From contig JAJPXC010000095.1 in assembly GCA_021205635.1 (NCBI GenBank), positions 15,076-79,075 of the forward strand: 64,000 nucleotides of DNA, written 5' to 3'. Under the pieces are notes generated by a model, which had not been told where the DNA came from, made no database searches, and was given only the letters and a program-made list of their open reading frames with translations. The stretch comes from Bacteroidales bacterium (GTDB lineage: Bacteria > Bacteroidota > Bacteroidia > Bacteroidales > Muribaculaceae). The translations under genes were made by a program, and so were the position numbers. Positions 56,667 to 64,000 of this stretch are shown one piece after another; positions within the stretch are counted from its first letter, which is position 1; each line of letters opens with the position of its first letter.

Positions 56667-56674
56667 TATATTTG
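56667..56674 (+). promoter_or_regulatory. -7 box TATATTTG for the Rpn-family gene
   Basis: Exact TAnnTTTG, 31 nt upstream of the ATG at 56705. Confidence 0.45.
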
Positions 56675-56704
56675 CGGTGAACTCACCAACACCACACCAC
56701 CATC

Positions 56705-57604
56705 ATGTGCACCGAGCGATATATCCACCCATTTACCGACTTTGGTTTCAAACGCCTTTTCGGCAACGAGCATCACAAAGAGTTTATGATCGATTTCCTC
56801 AACTCTCTCCTGGAGGACGAGGAGCCGATCAAGGACATCACGTATATGCCCACTGAGCAGTTGAGCCGTATCACAGGCGAACGCAATGCCATTTTTGACG
56901 TGTATTGCACCACCGAGAAGGGCCAACACTTTATCGTGGAGATGCAAAACGCCTACCAGCCTTATTTCGCCGACCGAAGCATCTTCTACGCCACCTTCCC
57001 CATGCATGAAATAGCACAAAAAGGCGACTGGAACTTCAATCTCCCAAGGATCTACACGGTGTCGTTCCTTAATTTCAACATGCCTGAGTTCGAGGATCTG
57101 CCAGATGCCAAGCACGTGGTGAAACTCACCGACATCGACACCAAGAAGGTGTTCTCCAACAAGCTCACTCTCATATTCCTGGAGATGAAGAAATTCACCA
57201 AGGATATTGACGAGCTGGAGAACAACTTTGAGAAATGGCTCTACGTGATCAAAAACATGAATCAGCTCGACAGCTTCCCCGACCGCCTCAAGAGCAAATT
57301 GTTGGAACGGTTCTTCAAGGCCGCCGAGATCTTCGCGTTCAACGCCTCGGAGCGACGGGCATATGAAGGGAGCCTCAAGGCTATGCGCGACTACAACAAC
57401 ACTATGCGCGCCGGAATTGATGAGGGTTATGAAACAGGATTTTCTCTCGGCAAAGAGGAAGGCCTGGCGGAAGGACGTGAGGAAGGACGTGCGGAAGGAC
57501 GTGCGGAACTTTTGCGGCAATTCAAGGAGGCAGGGATGAGCGTTGAGGATATCGCCAAGTACACCAAGCTCTCGGTAGACGTGGTGGAGGACATGCTTAG
57601 ATAA
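56705..57604 (+). CDS. Rpn-family (YhgA-like) PD-(D/E)XK recombination-promoting nuclease / putative transposase
   Basis: ATG ORF 299 aa; YIHPFTDFGFKRLFG N-terminus, D..EMQ nuclease core (FDVYC..HFIVEMQ), C-terminal EGLAEGREEGRAEGRAE repeat tail typical of the family. Confidence 0.85.
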   Translation: MCTERYIHPFTDFGFKRLFGNEHHKEFMIDFLNSLLEDEEPIKDITYMPTEQLSRITGERNAIFDVYCTTEKGQHFIVEMQNAYQPYFADRSIFYATFPMHEIAQKGDWNFNLPRIYTVSFLNFNMPEFEDLPDAKHVVKLTDIDTKKVFSNKLTLIFLEMKKFTKDIDELENNFEKWLYVIKNMNQLDSFPDRLKSKLLERFFKAAEIFAFNASERRAYEGSLKAMRDYNNTMRAGIDEGYETGFSLGKEEGLAEGREEGRAEGRAELLRQFKEAGMSVEDIAKYTKLSVDVVEDMLR

Positions 57605-57648
57605 ATATATGTGGATTCGGAGCCTTCTACTCCCTGTCCTAAATAATT

Positions 57649-57695
57649 AGCCCACCATCGCATGAGTTGATGCTCGTGATGATGGTGGGCTTTTT
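57649..57695. terminator. Bidirectional terminator between the Rpn gene and the GH13 gene
   Basis: AGCCCACCATC-N21-GATGGTGGGCT followed by TTTTT; A/T-rich on the other side. Confidence 0.8.
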
Positions 57696-57735
57696 CTGTC
57701 GGGCCGGGGACGACCCGGCTTCCGTTCTAGGGGTA

Positions 57736-60468
57736 TTATTTCACAATGACCTTGGTGGCGACGCCGTCGACACGGACGATATAGAGGCCGGCGGGAACGT
57801 TCAACGACGGCATCTGCATGCCGTTGGCGTTGTAGACCTCGGCGCGGGTGTAGTCACCCTCGATCACGACGCGGCCTTCAGCGCCGTAAACGGCGGGACC
57901 GGCGGTCAAGTCGGCTGCGATGCTCTCAGTGGCGGCAACGCTCTTGGTGCCGTAGATGGCGTAGCAGTGGCCGGGGATGGTAGCCGATAGGCTGGTGCCG
58001 TCGAAGGTGGGCACAGGCTCAGCCATGCCGTGGGAGTAGGACATGATCTGGTAGTTACCCTCCGAGATGTGGCTCGAAGAGAAGGAGATGGTGCGTGAAG
58101 TGGCGCTAGGGTTGGCCAACAGGACGATCTCCTTGGTGCCGTTTTTGATCTGTGCCGTGCGGCGGATAGAGCCGGAGAACACAAAGTTCTGCGTGACGTC
58201 TCCACCGGGTTGCACGAACATATCCTGGTTTAAGCGGCGGATCCACAGCAGGTCGCGGTAGGTGTCATGCAGACCCTTGCGGTTGTCGTCGTCGAGGTAG
58301 CTCCAAATCACCTTCTTGGGGTCGGTGTTGTTGTCCGAGCCGTTCTTGGTGGTCTCGTCGGCTGCTAGCTCAATGAATTGCCACAGCATCTGGGGGCCAG
58401 GGGTGAGCAGCTGCATGGCGGTGAGGGTGCCCAGGCGCTGGGTGCGCACCTCGAGGTTGTTCTTTATGTCGTTGGAGTTGCCGTTCTTCATCGCATAGTA
58501 AGCGACGCGCTCCTCGTCGTGGCTCTCCTGGTAGGACACGCAGCCTCCCCATGGGCGCGAACAAGCTGTGGATGAGAAGTAACCGGTGCTAGCTGATGCC
58601 AAGCCGCCGGCGAACTGCTGGGAGAGGCTTGCCTGGTTGTTCCAGTTCATCTGGCCATCGTTGCAGTATTCAACCTCCTCGGTGGTGTCGCCCAGGAATT
58701 CGTTGATGTGGATAGCGTTGGGGTTTACCTCGGTGAGGTAGCCGTGGATCTGCTTCATCACAGCGATACGCTTGGCGTTGTAGCCGTCGGTCGAGCCGTA
58801 CTCGGCCGAGGTAGAGCCGGTGCCCAGACCCTTCACGAGGTCAAAGCGGAAGCCGTCGACCTTGTACTCGCTCATCCACCACTGCAGGCAGTCCTTCCAC
58901 TGCTGCTGCACAAGGGGATTCTCCTGTTTCCAGTCGTTGAGCACGCTCCAGGAATGGGGCGCGGTGGCGTTGTAGAAGGGATTGGAGGCGATGGGGTACA
59001 TCTGGTACCAGGGATGCAAGCCATCCGACTGGTTGAACACGATGTCGAGGATCACGGCTATGCCGTTCTGGTGGCATAGGTCCACGAATTTCTTCAACTC
59101 GGTAGGTGACCCGTAAGCCTTGTCGAGGGCAAAATAGAAGTTGGTGTTATAGCCCCAAGAATTGTTGCCGTTGAACTCCATGATAGGCATCAACTCTACG
59201 GCGTTGACGCCGAGGTCAACAAGATAGGGGATTTTTTCGATGGCCTTGGCGATGGTGCCGTTACCCTCGGAAGCGCCCTCGGTGCCGGTGAAGTCGCGGA
59301 ACAGCATCTCGTAGATCAAGAGCTGGTCGTGGGCGGGAATCTCGAAGTTGGTCACCTGCCAGTTGTAGGGGTAGAAGTTGCCGCGATATACAGCGATTTG
59401 GCGCCCGTCGCCGTAGCGAGAGTAGGGATAGGCGGGACGATCGGGGAAAACGGTGTCGTCGAGCCACTTGTCGCTATAGCCGTCGAGGTTGAGCTTGGCG
59501 TAGGGGTCACCCACGTGGGTAGCGCCGTCAACGGTGAAGAAATAGAGATAGTCGGTGTTGTCGTCCAGGCCCGAGACGGTGGTCCAGAAATAGCGGTAGC
59601 CGTTATAGTCCTGATACGACATTACGTTCTTGTCCAACGATTGGTAGTCGTCCCACGAGCCCACGATCATGACATTGCTCTTGCCGGGGGCAGCGATACA
59701 GAAGGTGACAGTACCGTCGGCGTTCTTCACCGGCCCCATCTTGGGCACGCCACCGGGATAATTGGCCTGGGGCGAGTTGGAGATGTAAACGATGTTGATG
59801 GTCTCCGTAAGGGTCTCGCCATTGGCGGTAGCTGTGCCTACAACCTCGTACGAGCCCTTGGCCGTAAAGGAGTAGTCCTTGGTCAAGGTGGTGCCGTTTC
59901 CCGAGGCGATTTGCGAGCCGTTAACCGAGAGGGTAAGGGCGGCGGTCTGGGTGGTGTTGATGGTGAAGGTGATGGTGGTGTTGTTCAACAGCACGGTTGA
60001 GGATGCGTTGGACGACAGTTGCATCTGGAAACCGTCCTCCATCACGTCGATGAAGCAGTCGGCGGTTTGCACCGATCCGGCCTTGTTACGGGCGATCAAG
60101 CATAGCTTGGTGATATGCTCGTCGGCGTCGGTGATGCCGAAATAGGTGCGCATATCACCAAGGGAAAGGCTCCAGAGGTTTTCGGATACGTAGGTGAACT
60201 TTTTGTTCTCGGTATTGGTGGTCCAGGAGCCGATAACATGCGACCAAGTGTCGGGGCTAAAGTTGGTGTAGCACCCGATATGGGCGTACAGTTCGGTGGT
60301 GGAGGACAGGTTCTGGAGCCCGGCCACACCCGATTCGTCGGCATGGAAATATATGACGACGTTCTGCGACGACTCCTGCAACGGAGCGGGCGACGAGGTG
60401 AACACGTCGGCCCACGCGGCGCTGGCGGTCATCAGCAAAGCAGCAAGCGTGAATAAAGCTTTTTTCAT
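57736..60468 (-). CDS. GH13-family alpha-glucan hydrolase with N-terminal beta domains, E-set/CBM48-like module and T9SS CTD
   Basis: ATG ORF 910 aa; signal peptide; GH13 regions ILDIVFNQ (I), GFRFDLVKG (II), HINEFLG (III), YQESHDEE (IV); CTD ..VYNANGMQMPSLNVPAGLYIVRVDGVATKVIVK. Confidence 0.85.
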   Translation of the reverse strand: MKKALFTLAALLMTASAAWADVFTSSPAPLQESSQNVVIYFHADESGVAGLQNLSSTTELYAHIGCYTNFSPDTWSHVIGSWTTNTENKKFTYVSENLWSLSLGDMRTYFGITDADEHITKLCLIARNKAGSVQTADCFIDVMEDGFQMQLSSNASSTVLLNNTTITFTINTTQTAALTLSVNGSQIASGNGTTLTKDYSFTAKGSYEVVGTATANGETLTETINIVYISNSPQANYPGGVPKMGPVKNADGTVTFCIAAPGKSNVMIVGSWDDYQSLDKNVMSYQDYNGYRYFWTTVSGLDDNTDYLYFFTVDGATHVGDPYAKLNLDGYSDKWLDDTVFPDRPAYPYSRYGDGRQIAVYRGNFYPYNWQVTNFEIPAHDQLLIYEMLFRDFTGTEGASEGNGTIAKAIEKIPYLVDLGVNAVELMPIMEFNGNNSWGYNTNFYFALDKAYGSPTELKKFVDLCHQNGIAVILDIVFNQSDGLHPWYQMYPIASNPFYNATAPHSWSVLNDWKQENPLVQQQWKDCLQWWMSEYKVDGFRFDLVKGLGTGSTSAEYGSTDGYNAKRIAVMKQIHGYLTEVNPNAIHINEFLGDTTEEVEYCNDGQMNWNNQASLSQQFAGGLASASTGYFSSTACSRPWGGCVSYQESHDEERVAYYAMKNGNSNDIKNNLEVRTQRLGTLTAMQLLTPGPQMLWQFIELAADETTKNGSDNNTDPKKVIWSYLDDDNRKGLHDTYRDLLWIRRLNQDMFVQPGGDVTQNFVFSGSIRRTAQIKNGTKEIVLLANPSATSRTISFSSSHISEGNYQIMSYSHGMAEPVPTFDGTSLSATIPGHCYAIYGTKSVAATESIAADLTAGPAVYGAEGRVVIEGDYTRAEVYNANGMQMPSLNVPAGLYIVRVDGVATKVIVK

Positions 60469-60502
60469 GAAAAGATGGAATTATGGTTTAAGATTTTACT
60501 AA

Positions 60503-60537
60503 GTTTTCAGTCTTCAGTTTTCAGTTTTCAGTCTTCA
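60503..60537. repeat. (GTYTTCA)x5 heptamer array
   Basis: gttttca gtcttca gttttca gttttca gtcttca. Confidence 0.9.
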
Positions 60538-60551
60538 GTATAGGGGCTTAA

Positions 60552-60613
60552 CTCCTTTAATCCTTTTCTCCTTTCCTCCTTTAAAGGAAGAAAGGATTAA
60601 AGGAGAAAAGGGG
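60552..60613. repeat. 62-nt imperfect palindrome with core TCCTTTCCTCCTTT|AAAGGAAGAAAGGA
   Basis: Core at 60569-60596 (13 of 14); about 25 of 31 arm positions pair overall; lies between the MFS stop and the GH13 start. Confidence 0.8.
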
Positions 60614-60617
60614 ACTA

Positions 60618-62093
60618 TCAGGCCAGCTCGAGCTCTCCTTCGGCGGCTTCCTCCTCCACTTTCTTGGTGTTGGGGAGCTCGAGGCCGTAGTGACGCTTGG
60701 CGTCGAGGGCTTTCAGCCAGATGCCGAAGATCAAGGCCAGTACACCCAATGAGGCGAAAAGCACCATCGGCCACATGTAGTTGTAGGCCAACGGGTCGGT
60801 AACGCCCGGGTTGGCGGCCGTCAGCACAGCTCCGATGATCATCGGGAAGGCGTAGAGGCCGATATTTTGGATCCAGAAGATAACAGCGTAAGCCGAGCCG
60901 AGCAACTTGCCGTCAACCAATTTGGGAACGGAGGGCCACAGCGAAGCGGGCACCAGCGAGAACGAGATGCCCAGCAACACGATAGCGGCGTAGGCGATCA
61001 CGGCCGAGCGCGTGGCGGGAAGCACGAATGCGAAGGTCAAGTGGCAGCAAATCATCAAGATAGCGCCCAGAATGAGCATCGAGGCACCCTTGCCGTGCTT
61101 GTCGAGGTAACGACCCAGGAACGGGGTGATCGCCGCGGCTCCCAAGGGAAACACGAAGAACACCTGGCCGGCTTGCTCGGCAGTGATACCGAGGTTGCAC
61201 TGAAGCATGTTGTTGGCGTACTTCTGGAACGGGAAAATAGCCGAGTAGTAAAGCACACAAAGCAGGGCTACCAGCCAGAACACTTGTGAGCTGAAAATAT
61301 ATTTCAGGTCGGAAACCTTGAACGGGTCGTCCTTCTCCTCGTTGTTGCCTATCTGGCTCTCAAGCTTGCGGTCCATGAACGAGTAAACGATGAAGCAAAT
61401 CAAGCCAATGAGCAACAGCAGCACGGCCAACCCAACGGGACGGGAAACGCTCAAATTACCACCTATTGCGGCGATAGCTGGCGAGCCAAGGAACACAACG
61501 GCCACGCCCACGCGGGCAATCGCCATCTCCACGCCCATCGCGAGGGCCATCTCCTTGCCTTGGAACCACTTGACGATGCCGCGGCTAACGGTGATGCCAG
61601 CCATCTCTACGCCGCATCCGAATATCATGAAGCCCAGAGCCGACAATTTGGCCGACGCCGGCATCCCTTTGTAGAACGGGGTGATGTTCCACCACGCGTC
61701 GGGAAGGTTAATAAAGCCCTCCATCCACCCGGCGAACGAGCTCTCTTGGAACAACGGGGTAAGCGCCAGATAGTTGACCAACGCTCCGAGGAACATTACC
61801 GAGCCCGAGAGGATGGCTGTGAAGCGCACGCCCATCTTGTCCAAGATGATGCCGGCAAATATCAAGAAGAATACAAATACGTTAAGGAACGTCTCCGAGC
61901 CGGCGAAACGGCCGTAGGACATCGGGTCCCATCCCTTGGTTTCCTGCAGGGCCTCCTGCAGGGGCGACAGCACATCCATGAAGATGTAGCCGAAGAACAT
62001 GGCCGAGGCCAGCAGCGTCAGGGCGAGCCAACGCATAGCCTTGGAATCGCTGATGTTGCGAGCCACGGCGCCAGAAAGATTGTTGTTACTCAT
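60618..62093 (-). CDS. MFS transporter, immediately upstream of the GH13 gene on the same strand
   Basis: ATG ORF 491 aa; 12 TM segments; acidic C-terminal tail; substrate not inferable from sequence alone. Confidence 0.75.
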   Translation of the reverse strand: MSNNNLSGAVARNISDSKAMRWLALTLLASAMFFGYIFMDVLSPLQEALQETKGWDPMSYGRFAGSETFLNVFVFFLIFAGIILDKMGVRFTAILSGSVMFLGALVNYLALTPLFQESSFAGWMEGFINLPDAWWNITPFYKGMPASAKLSALGFMIFGCGVEMAGITVSRGIVKWFQGKEMALAMGVEMAIARVGVAVVFLGSPAIAAIGGNLSVSRPVGLAVLLLLIGLICFIVYSFMDRKLESQIGNNEEKDDPFKVSDLKYIFSSQVFWLVALLCVLYYSAIFPFQKYANNMLQCNLGITAEQAGQVFFVFPLGAAAITPFLGRYLDKHGKGASMLILGAILMICCHLTFAFVLPATRSAVIAYAAIVLLGISFSLVPASLWPSVPKLVDGKLLGSAYAVIFWIQNIGLYAFPMIIGAVLTAANPGVTDPLAYNYMWPMVLFASLGVLALIFGIWLKALDAKRHYGLELPNTKKVEEEAAEGELELA

Positions 62094-62279
62094 TTCTATG
62101 ATGGTTGATAATTACTATTTCAATTGCTCGGTATGATACGATCTCAGGTCGATAAGTGCCTTCATGGGCAAATATTGCGACAAATTTACGGAAAATCAAT
62201 GTAATGCGAAAATGTTTTTGTAAATTCGTGCCGTGTTTTACATTATTTAGCAAGCCTAAAATCCATATTTTACTCAACA

Positions 62280-63425
62280 ATGCCTAATAGCTGGAGCCAA
62301 CCATATACGTTCGACCGCGTTGTCCGCCTGGTCATCACCATCATCATAATCCTCGGGGCGATATGGCTTATCAACGTGTTGAAAAGCGTGTTGCTGCCAT
62401 TCTGCGTAGCCTGCCTCGTGGCCTATATCTTCGAGCCGTTCGTGCAGTACAACCGGAGGATGCTGCGCCTAAAGGGTCGCATCGTGGCGATATTTGTCAC
62501 CCTGTTTGAGGCCACCACAGTGTTCGGCATCTTGTGTTGGTTCTTTATCCCCTCGATTGTGGAGGAGACCCAGCAGATGGCTGTATTGCTGCGGCGCTAC
62601 GCCGAGACCGAGATGGACGTGCCCTTCCTCCCCGAGGGAATGCACCACTTCCTCAAGCGCATCATCGACTTCAACTATCTGAGCGACGTGTTGACCACCC
62701 AGGACATCGAGCGTGTGCTCGAGCGCGCCGTTGCCGTGCTGTCGTCGGGCGTGGATATCATCATGGGAGTGTTCTCATGGTTCATCGTCCTGCTCTACGT
62801 GGTGTTTATAATGCTTGACTATGACCGACTTATGGAAGGCTTCCGCATGCTCGTGCCGCCCAAGTACCGCAAGTTGACGTTCAAGATCGGCCGCGACATC
62901 AAAACGTCCATGAACCACTATTTCCGTGGCCAAGCGCTTGTGGCGTTCATCGTGGGGATACTGTTCTCCATCGGCTTCCTCATCGTGGGATTGCCTCTTG
63001 CCGTTGTCCTCGGCCTGTTCATCGGCTTGCTCAACATGGTGCCCTATCTGCAGTTGATCTCTATTATCCCAACCACGTTACTTTGCCTGGTCTACTCTGT
63101 GGACCACAACGCGGGATTCTGGACGATATGGTGGGAATGCATCGCCGTTTACTGCATTGTGCAATTGATCCAGGATCTGTTCCTTACCCCCAAGATCATG
63201 GGCAAAGCCATGGGACTGAATCCGGCCATCATCCTATTGTCGCTATCGGTGTGGGGCACACTCCTTGGCCTTATCGGACTTATTATCGCCCTGCCGTTAA
63301 CCACCTTGCTGATAGCATATTACGACCAATACGTGCTTCATCGACCCCGCGACGGCTTCACACCCGAGGAACGCCACCGCCAGCAAGAAGACCTCCGCGA
63401 AATCACCCGCTTCCCCGACGACTAA
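62280..63425 (+). CDS. AI-2E family (PerM/YdiK/TqsA-like, UPF0118) transporter
   Basis: ATG ORF 381 aa; about 8 TM segments; LLPFCVACLVAYIFEPFV N-terminal region and overall layout typical of the family. Confidence 0.75.
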   Translation: MPNSWSQPYTFDRVVRLVITIIIILGAIWLINVLKSVLLPFCVACLVAYIFEPFVQYNRRMLRLKGRIVAIFVTLFEATTVFGILCWFFIPSIVEETQQMAVLLRRYAETEMDVPFLPEGMHHFLKRIIDFNYLSDVLTTQDIERVLERAVAVLSSGVDIIMGVFSWFIVLLYVVFIMLDYDRLMEGFRMLVPPKYRKLTFKIGRDIKTSMNHYFRGQALVAFIVGILFSIGFLIVGLPLAVVLGLFIGLLNMVPYLQLISIIPTTLLCLVYSVDHNAGFWTIWWECIAVYCIVQLIQDLFLTPKIMGKAMGLNPAIILLSLSVWGTLLGLIGLIIALPLTTLLIAYYDQYVLHRPRDGFTPEERHRQQEDLREITRFPDD

Positions 63426-63436
63426 CGGCATAAAAA

Positions 63437-63472
63437 GATCCGCGCAGCCAATGGCCGCGCGGATCTTTTTTT
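63437..63472. terminator. Bidirectional rho-independent terminator
   Basis: AAAAA-GATCCGCGC-N11-GCGCGGATC-TTTTTTT between convergent genes. Confidence 0.88.
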
Positions 63473-63486
63473 CTTCGAATATTTCC

Positions 63487-64000
63487 TCATAGACGGAAGT
63501 TCCAGAACAGGGAGATGCCTAGGCTGTGGTAACGGTTCTTGGCCTTGGCCGGCAGGTAACCGCCACCCATATTGTCGGTGCTGATATAGATCTGGTCGAT
63601 GTCGGTGTTACCTATCTGGTTCTTATAGTAAATGGACAGCTCCATTTTCTCCAAGCCCACACCCAGACCGATTGCACCAGCAAATAGTTTCTGCTTATAT
63701 TGGGTTTTGTGCATGGGGTTGAAGTAGATACGCCCATCAGCATACAGGCGGGCTTTCTGACCCAGGTCGCAAATATATAGCTTGCCGCGCAAGAACAGCG
63801 GGATCTGGAAATTGTTCTGGTAGGCCTGAGTCTTGAAATCATTTAGCTCTTTCCCTTTCCAGCGGTGAAGGAACATGCCTAGCATAACGCCGGCCTCCAA
63901 GTTGAATCGGTCGCGGAACTGGCCATAGCGGGCTGCCACACCAGCCATGATGTCCATATAGTCGTATTCGTTGTCGCCAAGGTTGAACGTATAGTCGGGC
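63487..64000 (-). CDS. Outer-membrane beta-barrel protein, N-terminus beyond window edge
   Basis: The frame stays open upstream of the first Met to the window end (..PDYTFNLGDNEYDY-M..); alternating beta pattern; ends ..SLFWNFRL. Confidence 0.5.
   Translation of the reverse strand, partial: PDYTFNLGDNEYDYMDIMAGVAARYGQFRDRFNLEAGVMLGMFLHRWKGKELNDFKTQAYQNNFQIPLFLRGKLYICDLGQKARLYADGRIYFNPMHKTQYKQKLFAGAIGLGVGLEKMELSIYYKNQIGNTDIDQIYISTDNMGGGYLPAKAKNRYHSLGISLFWNFRL

Noticed and set aside
56532-57735. Rpn-family gene as part of an intact transposon or genomic island
   Set aside because: No terminal inverted repeats, target-site duplication, integrase or tRNA boundary is visible, and the flanks look like normal promoter and terminator DNA.

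Overview
64-kb chromosomal window from a GC-rich member of the Bacteroidota. My guess is Bacteroidales. The basis is TAnnTTTG-type -7 promoter boxes, almost no Shine-Dalgarno use, seven proteins ending in Por/T9SS C-terminal sorting domains, a tandem OmpH pair and Omp28-type proteins. I call 49 protein-coding genes, one cut by the window edge. I found no rRNA, tRNA, CRISPR array, integrase or classical transposon. Most genes are core envelope or metabolism: OmpH x2, DapA, RibD, TatAC, GlnK-AmtB, enolase, DEAD-box helicase, EF-P, PBP1A, Fur-like, PurA, Pfs-LuxS and methylmalonyl-CoA mutase MutAB. Accessory-looking content falls into six groups. (1) A TlpA-like / large beta-barrel / two Omp28-type CxxC proteins module at 2114-7739. 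(2) A translationally coupled DUF1015-pfs-luxS-polytopic membrane protein block at 42001-46094, followed by an EamA transporter. (3) Two T9SS-secreted GH13 amylases plus an MFS transporter with no SusC/D. (4) A YoeB-type toxin-antitoxin pair. (5) An Rpn-family PD-(D/E)XK nuclease. (6) Several large T9SS cargo proteins of unknown function. The non-coding fraction is the most unusual part. Intergenic spacers are filled with 7-8 nt period micro-tandem arrays and dispersed AT-rich cassettes placed directly in front of start codons. They also hold a 28-bp palindrome family built from SD / anti-SD words, two families of long hairpins and a MITE-like nested inverted repeat. All family names come from motif recognition by eye. 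No database search was run, and the DUF-level names are recollections that need HMM confirmation.
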